This document shows positions 39,276 to 47,693 of a DNA stretch of 64,000 nt, piece by piece (within the stretch, counting starts at the first letter, position 1; each line of letters opens with the position of its first letter). The notes beneath the pieces are model-generated. The model ran no database searches. It was not told the origin of the DNA and was given only the letters and a program-made list of their open reading frames with translations. The stretch is from Candidatus Zixiibacteriota bacterium. Its GTDB lineage: Bacteria; Zixibacteria; MSB-5A5; GN15; JAAZOE01. The DNA lies in the NCBI GenBank assembly GCA_043819555.1, contig JBDREQ010000009.1, forward strand, positions 32,001 to 96,000, read 5' to 3'. The translations under genes and the position numbers were made by a program.

Positions 39276-41618
39276 TCACTCACACCCATCACCAGGCGGA
39301 GGGCCACCTTTGAAGACATGGTTAATCATATATACTGCATCGCCCACATTGCATTCAACATCGCAGTTGGAATCGCAGGCTTCAATTGGATCAGGGGCGG
39401 GGCCACCTTTAAATGCGTGATTGATAATATAAACTGCGTCACCGATATTAGCTTCTCCATCATTGTTAGCGTCACCGGCGTGAAACCACGTGAATGCTGC
39501 AAACTTGGTTACAAAAGCATCGCCGTAGCCGTTATAAGTCGGGTCATAAGCGTTAACAACCGGAAAGTCACCCAGTGATACCATGCCGGTTATATAGGCA
39601 CAGGTAGAATTATCCAGCACGACGCCCTCACCGGATTCACCAAAGGTATCACCAAGATAGGTACTGTAAACCAGTGCGCCGCCATCGGGTGACAGTCTGG
39701 TCAAAAACGCATCTCCATAATCGCCTTCATAGATGGAATCAAAAGCGTACTTAACAGGAAAATCGACGGACTCGGTCGTCCCTGTTACGTAGGCACAGCC
39801 TGATTCGTCCAGAGCAAGGTCCCGGCCAGCATCGGCGCCGGAGCCACCCAGATAGGTACTGTAAACCAATGAGTTACCGGCAGCGCTCAACTTGGTTACA
39901 AAGGCATCTCTAATGCCACCCAAGTTATCGTCATAGGCGCTCGCCGTGGGGAAGTTTCCGGATTCCGTTTCTCCTACTACGTAGGCGCAACCGGATACAT
40001 CCACTTGAATACCATAGACCCCCCAATCGTCATCAGAGCCGCCCAGAAAGGTACTATACACTAGCGTATTACCGTCAGCCGAGAGCTTTGCCACAAAGGC
40101 ATCGAGTGAGTCATCGATGGTAGCATCATATGCGTTTGCCATTGGGAAATCAGGTGAAAAAGTGGTTCCTAATACATAGGTGCAGCCGAAAGTGTCGATG
40201 GCGATGCCAAACCCCTTATCCCAATCCGATCCACCCAGATAGGTGCTGTAAACCAGTGAAGAGCCGTCAGCCGACAATTTGGTCACGGCAACATCTATCT
40301 CGAGCGTATCAGGGTGTGTTGGATCGTAGGCGTTCTGGGTAGGGAAATCGGTGGAGCGAACATAGCCGAGCACGTAAGCATTACCCTCAGCATCAACCGT
40401 AATGTTCATACCTTTATCGGAGTGGGTGCCGCCCAGAAAGGTGCTATACTCAAGCGAATTACCGGTGGGTGAAAGCTTGGTTATGAAGTAGTCATTGCTT
40501 CCATTATGGGTATCGTCGTACGCGTTCGCAGTGGGATAGTCGGGGGACCAAGTATAGCCGATTATGTATGCACAGCCGAGGGCGTCAACCGCGATTCCCC
40601 CTCTATAGTCGTCGTCCGGGCTGCCAAGATAAGTGCAGTAGATCAGCGAACTGCCCGACTCTGAAAGCTTGGCAACAAATACATCGCGCCCCTCATTATA
40701 GTCGGGATCGTATGGATTCTCGGTGGGAAAGTCAGCTGACTGTGTTTCACCGAAGACATATGCGCAACCGTGGACATCCACGGCGATCCCTATGCCGTAG
40801 TCTATATTCGAGCCACCGAGGAAGGTACTGTACTCCAGAGTTATGTTTCGCAATCCATTCTCCCCACCGGAACGACTGCCGGCCATCAGACCGATGCTGC
40901 CTGTTGATAGGGAGCGTAACTCCGGCGTCATCTCGTCGTTATCATTCTCCACCAGATGCCCAAGGAATTGCCCGGTCGCGGTTTCGATGGTTAGCCTCCC
41001 CTTGGCATCAACCAGAACGTCGCCGTCGCCCTCGTATACAATCTCTATCTGTGATAGATCGGCCACGGGTTCAGCTACGAATTTCTGGCTGATCCCACCG
41101 TGTGCGCCGGCAGTATAGTGCAGGTCGATGCCGGGGTAAATATCCCGTAACACAATCGCTTCATAGTTGGGCACATCGGTTCGCCACCGGGATCGGTCAC
41201 TACCGAGGAAATAATTGCACCGCAACTCCAACAAACCTTCACCTTCAACGGTTGCCCCTGGATTGGCTCCAAAAAATGTTGCCTTGATCATGGTCTTCGC
41301 TGATTCTTCATACGCCGGATGATCTCCTTCGAGTCCACCCAGGTCGACGTCGGTGAAGCGAGCCGATGAATTGACGGTCAATTCATCTTTACCGGTCAAA
41401 AACCGCCCAATCTGATAGTATACTCCGTCATGTCTGAACCACATGGTAGTGGCGCCGACATCGGCGCGATACAGAATATGGTCCGGCCATTGCCCCATGT
41501 TTTTCGTGAAGACTAACGGGATATCGGTCATATCTTGAGATTCTGAATCAATCTCTGCAAATACAATTGAAAATTGAAAAACTATCAAAATAGATAGCAG
41601 TGTTAGAGTACCGCGCAT
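39276..41618 (-). CDS. Secreted SBBP beta-propeller repeat protein with C-terminal dockerin-like domain
   Basis: Signal peptide; FTKNMGQW, NYFLG; seven YSTxLGG...AYVxG.T.S.DFP repeats; GDANNDGEANIGDAVYIIN. Confidence 0.92.
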   Translation of the reverse strand: MRGTLTLLSILIVFQFSIVFAEIDSESQDMTDIPLVFTKNMGQWPDHILYRADVGATTMWFRHDGVYYQIGRFLTGKDELTVNSSARFTDVDLGGLEGDHPAYEESAKTMIKATFFGANPGATVEGEGLLELRCNYFLGSDRSRWRTDVPNYEAIVLRDIYPGIDLHYTAGAHGGISQKFVAEPVADLSQIEIVYEGDGDVLVDAKGRLTIETATGQFLGHLVENDNDEMTPELRSLSTGSIGLMAGSRSGGENGLRNITLEYSTFLGGSNIDYGIGIAVDVHGCAYVFGETQSADFPTENPYDPDYNEGRDVFVAKLSESGSSLIYCTYLGSPDDDYRGGIAVDALGCAYIIGYTWSPDYPTANAYDDTHNGSNDYFITKLSPTGNSLEYSTFLGGTHSDKGMNITVDAEGNAYVLGYVRSTDFPTQNAYDPTHPDTLEIDVAVTKLSADGSSLVYSTYLGGSDWDKGFGIAIDTFGCTYVLGTTFSPDFPMANAYDATIDDSLDAFVAKLSADGNTLVYSTFLGGSDDDWGVYGIQVDVSGCAYVVGETESGNFPTASAYDDNLGGIRDAFVTKLSAAGNSLVYSTYLGGSGADAGRDLALDESGCAYVTGTTESVDFPVKYAFDSIYEGDYGDAFLTRLSPDGGALVYSTYLGDTFGESGEGVVLDNSTCAYITGMVSLGDFPVVNAYDPTYNGYGDAFVTKFAAFTWFHAGDANNDGEANIGDAVYIINHAFKGGPAPDPIEACDSNCDVECNVGDAVYMINHVFKGGPPPGDGCE

Positions 41619-41764
41619 AGTGTTCCTCCTTAATAGCCTAATAGTTTTCTGCCCCCGCAGACTAATTTGAATGTAATTCTTATTGCCCCGAACTAGGCAA
41701 TATAACTACGCCAAATATAACAATTATGGCCTATTTTGTCAACGAAATAGGGCTTAATCTACCT

Positions 41765-41815
41765 TCACTCACACCCCGCATACGGCGCTGGGCCACCAAT
41801 CCAAAATACCTTATT
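41765..41815 (-). pseudogene. Orphan 3' end of a dockerin-type gene
   Basis: Reads NKVFWIGGPAPYAGCE-stop, versus NHVFKGGPPPGDGCE-stop at the end of the adjacent SBBP gene. Confidence 0.6.
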
Positions 41816-41971
41816 CTGTAAATCTAACAATAAAATATAATCTGATAAATGCAATATCAATGTGTGAAAATATTTGAAAGGGAAAGCGCTGCGAATTCTT
41901 TTTTGACTCTTCACCTTTCAATTCGTACATTATACAAATCAAAATTGAAAAATTATCTATAGGGAGCGTGT

Positions 41972-43417
41972 ATGGATATAGAAAAAATCGCCATGGAAGG
42001 TCTGGTGGCGGCATCGATGCAAAAAGCATCATACTGCGATATCCGCTACGAGATTATTCACGATGAAAATCTTTCTTACTCCGACGGCGAAGCCGAACCG
42101 ATCGAAAGTTCGGTCTCGGCCGGGTGGTCGGTGCGGATGCTCCTGGATGGAGCCTGGGGATTTGCCGCGTCGGATGACGCCACACTGACAATTGACAAAT
42201 TAGTCGAGCAGGCGGCGGCAATCGCGAAGGCATCGGCCAAAGTTATGAAAACTCCGGTCGAATTGACGCCAATTGAGATCGGTGAGGGCGATTTCAAATC
42301 CGATTTCAAAATCGATCCGTTTACGGTACCGCTGGAAGACAAAATCGCCTACCTGGCCGATCTCGACTCAGCGATGGGAGCGGTTGAAGGCATAAACACC
42401 CGCAGTTGCTTTGCTTCATTTCGCAAACTGGACAAATGGTTTTTCTCGTCGGAAGGATGCAAACAGCATCAGCTTCTGATTCAATCTGGCGCGGGATTAA
42501 GCCTTGGGCAGGCCGTTTCGCGCCGGGAACGGGCCGAACGGTCATATCCCAAACCGGCCGGACAGTACGAGCTCAAAGGATATGAGCTGTTGGATGAATT
42601 GAAATTAAAAGATCAAATCTCGCGCATGGCTAAAGAAATCACGATGGTTCTCGCCGCTCCGGCCTGTCCTCAAAAGAATACAACTCTCGTACTGGGCGGA
42701 AATATCACATCGCTGGTGATTCACGAAACTATCGGACATGCTCTCGAACTGGACCGGGTCTTTGGCGCCGAGCGGAATTTTTCGGGGATATCGTTTGCCA
42801 CTCCGGATAATCTCAATTTTCTTCAGTACGGCTCCGAAATCGTCAACGTCTATACCGATTCGACCATCCCGCACGGGTTGGGATCATTTATCTGGGATGA
42901 TGAAGGCGTCAAAAGCAAACGCACTCAGCTTATCAAAAACGGCAAACTTATAAACTATCTATCATCGCGGGAGATGGCGGGTCGGGTGGGACTCACGAGC
43001 TCCGGAAACATGCGGGCCGAAGGATGGACCAATATTCCGATTGTGCGTATGACCAATACCATCCTTGAGCCAGGCGACAAAACTTTTGAACAGCTCATCG
43101 GTGAAGTCGATGATGGAATTTATATGGACGGCCCGACTTCATGGTCGATTGATGATTTGCGTAAAAACTTCCAATTTGGATGCGAAATTGGTTGGGAAAT
43201 CAAAGGCGGCAAACTGGCCGGAGTTGTAAAAAATCCGACTTTTTCGGGATGCACGACTCAGCTCTGGAATAACTGCGATGCTATCGGCGATAAGTCGCAA
43301 TTTGTCCTGCAGGGCACGCCCAATTGCGGCAAAGGCCAACCGGGCCAAAACGCGCGAACAGGGGAAGGCGCGTCGCCCGTTAGATTTGTTAGCATCGACG
43401 TGGGAGGGCAGTCATGA
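41972..43417 (+). CDS. tldD: TldD metalloprotease
   Basis: HETIGHALE (HExxxH), DDEG, RMTNT, CGKGQPGQ. Confidence 0.94.
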   Translation: MDIEKIAMEGLVAASMQKASYCDIRYEIIHDENLSYSDGEAEPIESSVSAGWSVRMLLDGAWGFAASDDATLTIDKLVEQAAAIAKASAKVMKTPVELTPIEIGEGDFKSDFKIDPFTVPLEDKIAYLADLDSAMGAVEGINTRSCFASFRKLDKWFFSSEGCKQHQLLIQSGAGLSLGQAVSRRERAERSYPKPAGQYELKGYELLDELKLKDQISRMAKEITMVLAAPACPQKNTTLVLGGNITSLVIHETIGHALELDRVFGAERNFSGISFATPDNLNFLQYGSEIVNVYTDSTIPHGLGSFIWDDEGVKSKRTQLIKNGKLINYLSSREMAGRVGLTSSGNMRAEGWTNIPIVRMTNTILEPGDKTFEQLIGEVDDGIYMDGPTSWSIDDLRKNFQFGCEIGWEIKGGKLAGVVKNPTFSGCTTQLWNNCDAIGDKSQFVLQGTPNCGKGQPGQNARTGEGASPVRFVSIDVGGQS

Positions 43418-44778
43418 TGAACCGCGATAATATCAATGGAATTTTGAAAAGCGCCCTCAAGAATTCCACTGCAGATATGACTGAAGCCGTTTTGATGGCG
43501 GAAAAAACAGATTTGACCCGTTTTGCCGAATCAACTATCACACAGAATTTATCACAAGAACAAACAACACTGGTTATTACGGCCGTCAATGAAAAGAAAA
43601 TCGGAATCGCCGCGACCAACGATGTTAGCGAGAATGGAATCAAAGCCGCGGTCACGTCGGCCAACAAAATCAGCTTACTTCAAAAACCGGATGAACGGTT
43701 TGTGTCGTTCCCTGACAAATCAGTAGCGCCTCCGATGAGTAAAGTCGTGACAGTAGAACCTAATCTATCATATACTCCCAATGAAATGGCGGAAGTAGTA
43801 TCTAAGGTTGCGGCGATGGCAGGAAAAGAAAAACTGAACGCATCCGGAGCCTTTCGACATGATATCAATACCGTCGCGCTGGCTAATTCAGTAGGCGCTT
43901 TTCAATACGGCCAAAACGGAAAAAGCGAATTGTCGCTGACCATCGTTGGGGAAGGCGAGCAATCGGGATATGGGGTTTCATTCAGTCCCGATCCGGCTAA
44001 TATTGATTATCAAACGGCAGCATCACGAGCGATTGAAAAAGCAAAAAATAATATCAATCCGGTGGTTCTTGACGATGGCCAATATACTGTCATCCTTGAA
44101 CCGGCCGCTGTCGGGCAGCTATTATTGTTTTTGAGTTTTCTCGGGATGGGCGGCCGGACGCTGCTGCAACAACGCTCGTATTTGTCGGGAAAAACCGGGG
44201 AACTCATAACCGGCGAAAATATCACCATCGCTGACGAGATTGACAATCCCGCTTTCGGTGCGCTTCTGTTTGATTATGAAGGCGTTCCAACCAAACGAAT
44301 CGTCCCGATTGAAAGCGGCAAAGCCGGTGAAGGCGCATTCGATACTTACATCGGCAATATTATGGACGTACCGTCAACAGGACATTCGGTTCAGCCTAAT
44401 AACAGCTTCGGCCCATATCCCAAACATCTGGTGATGTCGCCGGGCGCCAGCACGGTCGAAAAGATGATTGCCTCGACTGAAAAAGGCGTCCTCATCACTC
44501 ATTTCTGGTATATCAATTATCTCAATCCAATGAGGACGATGATTACCGGGACGACATTTGACGGAACGTTTCTAATCGAGAATGGCAAAATCGGTCCGGC
44601 GATTAAAAATATGCGAACCAATCAATCGATTCTTGAAGCGTTCTCAAACGTCGAGATGATGAGTAAGGATAGAATCGTATATCCTCAATATTCGTCTTTG
44701 ATGATGGTGCCGGCGATGAAGATAAATAATTTTAATCTGGTTCAAGAAACTAAAGAAGAATGGGAGGGATCATGTTAA
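43414..44778 (+). CDS. pmbA: TldE/PmbA partner subunit
   Basis: TRFAES, YTVILEPAAV, FDYEG, TGTTFDGTFLIENG; no HExxxH; ATGA coupling to tldD. Confidence 0.9.
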   Translation: MMNRDNINGILKSALKNSTADMTEAVLMAEKTDLTRFAESTITQNLSQEQTTLVITAVNEKKIGIAATNDVSENGIKAAVTSANKISLLQKPDERFVSFPDKSVAPPMSKVVTVEPNLSYTPNEMAEVVSKVAAMAGKEKLNASGAFRHDINTVALANSVGAFQYGQNGKSELSLTIVGEGEQSGYGVSFSPDPANIDYQTAASRAIEKAKNNINPVVLDDGQYTVILEPAAVGQLLLFLSFLGMGGRTLLQQRSYLSGKTGELITGENITIADEIDNPAFGALLFDYEGVPTKRIVPIESGKAGEGAFDTYIGNIMDVPSTGHSVQPNNSFGPYPKHLVMSPGASTVEKMIASTEKGVLITHFWYINYLNPMRTMITGTTFDGTFLIENGKIGPAIKNMRTNQSILEAFSNVEMMSKDRIVYPQYSSLMMVPAMKINNFNLVQETKEEWEGSC

Positions 44779-45002
44779 AAAGGCGTGAGTTTTTGCAACT
44801 GTCGACTTTGCTGGCGGCGGGCGCGGTGGTAACATTATCATCCGCCGGTGAGATCCTTGCGATAGATGATGAACCAATCATTGAAGATTCATCCTGTCCC
44901 ATTTTGCGATTTCACGGCCATGCCCGATCAGGGTGCGCCTTTCGTCCGGAACTAACCGATATGTGGCATGGCGGAGGCGGCCAGCTTCCTGATATGGTTT
45001 AA
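44772..45002 (+). CDS. Small twin-arginine-signal protein (76 aa)
   Basis: RBS GGAGGG; MLKRREFL plus a hydrophobic stretch; overlaps the pmbA stop and the prmC start (TAATG). Confidence 0.75.
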   Translation: MLKRREFLQLSTLLAAGAVVTLSSAGEILAIDDEPIIEDSSCPILRFHGHARSGCAFRPELTDMWHGGGGQLPDMV

Positions 45003-45862
45003 TGGCAAACATCAATATTAATAAATTGATTACTGAAGCCGGCCATACGCTACGCGATGCTGACATCGACGCCGGCACAGTCGAAGCCGAATTAATCCTG
45101 TGCGAACTTCTCGATATCGAACGGCTCAAATTGTATCTCGACGGCAGTACGATGATCACGCCGGATATTTTGAAAAAATTCAATGAAATTATTGAAAAAA
45201 GAAAAACGCGTTATCCATTGCAATATATTCTGGGATCGGCATGGTTTTTCGGTAGGAAATTCACCGTTAATGAAAACGTGATGGTTCCTTGCCCGGAAAC
45301 AGAGATTCTGCTCGATTGTGTTTTGCGCACCGCCCGCCAAATCGATAAAAAACCGGTCAGGCTTCTCGATTTGGGAACCGGATCGGGAGTGGTAGCGGTA
45401 TCGGCCCGGCTGGAGGATGAAAGCATAGATGTAACCGCATCGGATATTTCTGATGATGCGCTGGAAGTTGCCAGAAATAATGCATTAAATCTGAAGGCTG
45501 ATGGCATTAAATTCATTCAATCGGATTTATTTGAATCGATTGTTAAGAACTCGAAATTCAATATAATCGCGTCGAATCCGCCATATATAAAAAATAGCGA
45601 CTATGACGGCCTGCCGCCGGAAGTTAAGGCCGATCCCAAAATATCACTGCTGGGCGGAAGCAGCGGAATGGAAATAATTGAAAAATTAATCAGGCAGGCT
45701 CCTGATTATCTAAAAAAACCGGGGTCGCTGATTTTTGAAATCGGATATGACCAGGCGGAAATGATTTTTGATATGGTCGATGCCGATTCGCGCTATTATG
45801 ACTGCGCCCTCCTCAAAGACCTGGCCAATATCGACCGAGTCGTTATATGCAAAGTATCTTAA
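45002..45862 (+). CDS. prmC: Release factor glutamine methyltransferase
   Basis: PLQYILG, LDLGTGSG, SNPPY, FEIGYDQ. Confidence 0.96.
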   Translation: MANININKLITEAGHTLRDADIDAGTVEAELILCELLDIERLKLYLDGSTMITPDILKKFNEIIEKRKTRYPLQYILGSAWFFGRKFTVNENVMVPCPETEILLDCVLRTARQIDKKPVRLLDLGTGSGVVAVSARLEDESIDVTASDISDDALEVARNNALNLKADGIKFIQSDLFESIVKNSKFNIIASNPPYIKNSDYDGLPPEVKADPKISLLGGSSGMEIIEKLIRQAPDYLKKPGSLIFEIGYDQAEMIFDMVDADSRYYDCALLKDLANIDRVVICKVS

Positions 45863-45866
45863 AAAG

Positions 45867-46259
45867 TTATTGTATAATCGAATCTATTTCCTCGACCTGC
45901 CAGTCGCTGCCAAGCCATACACCGTAAATATCGACAGGGAGATTCCAGGATTTCACGGTTTGCATCGCCCTCTTTAGATGTTTTAAATGTTCGTCTCTGG
46001 AGACCGGATTACCTGCGCATTGATCGTGAGCGACGATGGCGATCACCGATGATTTATGTTCTTCGACTGAAATCAATACCCGCTGCTTAATAGACTGGCT
46101 CAGCGGCGCAAATGGCGATGTCAATATTTTATCCGGTCCCGGTTCGGTGATGGTATCGATATAATCAACTCCGAATTTATCTCTCATCCACTGATTGACC
46201 GGCAATTGCGTCCGGCCGTCCATACAATTTATCGCGGTTGCAAATTTACCTTCGGCCAT
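45867..46259 (-). CDS. Small beta-class carbonic anhydrase-like protein
   Basis: CMDGR and HDQC Zn-ligand motifs. Confidence 0.82.
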   Translation of the reverse strand: MAEGKFATAINCMDGRTQLPVNQWMRDKFGVDYIDTITEPGPDKILTSPFAPLSQSIKQRVLISVEEHKSSVIAIVAHDQCAGNPVSRDEHLKHLKRAMQTVKSWNLPVDIYGVWLGSDWQVEEIDSIIQ

Positions 46260-46277
46260 GTAATGAACCTCCCGGAT

Positions 46278-47057
46278 TTATTCACGCTTAGTAAACTGAG
46301 CTTCTTCATATTCATGCACGATCTCAAAACCAATATTCTCATAGCATTTAATTGCGGGGATATTATCGGCCTTAACGTTGAGACAAACAAGTTTATTTTC
46401 GGCTGATAATTCTTCGGCAAGTTTCGACGTTATTTTTGTTGCCAGACCTCTACCCCGATAATCTGGATGCGTAGCGATAGAACCGAGAACGGTGATATTA
46501 TATTCATCGGAATAAACGTGCAGACCGGCGACAGACTTGAGGATTTCATTTTCGATATACCCAAAAAATCTATTTGTCGTCAGCATCCGCGGATCAAAAT
46601 AACCGTCAGGGTAAGCCTTTGTATAAAAGTTTTCGACCATTACAAGATGGCTCATATTCAATCGAACGATATTTTTATCGTTATCCTCATGCTGTTTGCT
46701 GAATTTGACCAGTTTCATCTTGAGGTGCTTGCCATGCGGTTCTTCGGTGAATTTGGATTTGAAGATGTCCTTATACTTATCCTGAAAATGACAGAAGAAT
46801 CTATCAGGGAAATATTCAAATTCTTTTTGTAAAAACAAATCGAATGCTTCGGTCAGGCCGAAGGCCATAACGGTGACGAACAGCGGATTGTTATATATAA
46901 GAATCGCCTCTTCGATTTCGTCTCTGTCATCCCTGAGCACCGGCCATTTACAGAGCGGAAAGAAAAATTCATCAAGATCACCGATATGATAGGCAAATAA
47001 GACCGGATTCTTTTGGAAATGAGCGATTAGCTTTTTTTTGTCTTGTATATGGGTCAT
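46278..47057 (-). CDS. GNAT family N-acetyltransferase
   Basis: ATHPDYRGRGLA, NIPAIKCYENIGF. Confidence 0.9.
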   Translation of the reverse strand: MTHIQDKKKLIAHFQKNPVLFAYHIGDLDEFFFPLCKWPVLRDDRDEIEEAILIYNNPLFVTVMAFGLTEAFDLFLQKEFEYFPDRFFCHFQDKYKDIFKSKFTEEPHGKHLKMKLVKFSKQHEDNDKNIVRLNMSHLVMVENFYTKAYPDGYFDPRMLTTNRFFGYIENEILKSVAGLHVYSDEYNITVLGSIATHPDYRGRGLATKITSKLAEELSAENKLVCLNVKADNIPAIKCYENIGFEIVHEYEEAQFTKRE

Positions 47058-47143
47058 AGTGCTTTCTTACCTGTTAATCAATTTGCGTTTTAGGCGATCA
47101 ATTGTCAATATTCGCCGAGATATAATTGGAACTGCTCTGCCTC

Positions 47144-47200
47144 AAAATGGGTTTGCTTCCTCAGATTAACGTTTTTAGTCATATCAAATCGGTGGTGATT
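47144..47200. repeat. 57-nt dispersed repeat, copy 2
   Basis: 45/57 ungapped identity with 26033-26089. Confidence 0.8.
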
Positions 47201-47250
47201 GTGGCAAAAGCCTGTTGTTATCTATCGCGCAGATGAACTGGACTTTTCCG

Positions 47251-47321
47251 GTAGGGATCGGTATCCGGGCCCGAAAGATTTTCCGTAAAATATGCGCGGG
47301 CTCGTCGCGACGAGCCCCTAC
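47251..47321. repeat. GTAG-type REP doublet (REPIN-like)
   Basis: GTAGGG...CCCTAC ends; perfect 20-bp palindrome GGGCTCGTCGCGACGAGCCC at 47298-47317. Confidence 0.75.
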
Positions 47322-47693
47322 TGGTGATTGTTTAATTGTAATATGTTTCATCTTGCTATTAGCGGTAAATTCGGAAATTGCGGTGGATTTAATGGGGAAT
47401 TTGTTAAGGCCTTACGAGATATGCGCGAAAAAATGCTTCGCCTATTTTTCGGACAGGCCACCGGTCTATTGTTAATATAGTAGATGAATCGTTGTAAACC
47501 CACCCAATGGGTGGGGTACGAGTTTATATTAAGATGATTCTGATCCTGCCCTTAGGTTTTGAGGCCTGTAATGTAGATAAGAACTCCCGATTCGTTCACA
47601 GGATCGCCAAACACCGAACGGTATCTTAGGCGTCAGGGTAAACTGACAGGCTGGATTGTCAATTGGAGGGTGGAAAATTACCGTAAGGTATAA

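Noticed and set aside
39500..40840. Periodic DNA repeats of about 180-190 nt suggesting an array
   Set aside because: They are the coding SBBP blades, not CRISPR or non-coding repeats
41862..41879. Possible Rex box upstream of tldD (GTGTGAA-AATA-TTTGAAA)
   Set aside because: Right half-site matches only 4 of 7; compatible with chance in AT-rich DNA
47215..47475. 86-aa ORF in the intergenic region
   Set aside because: Runs through the REP doublet; no RBS or motif
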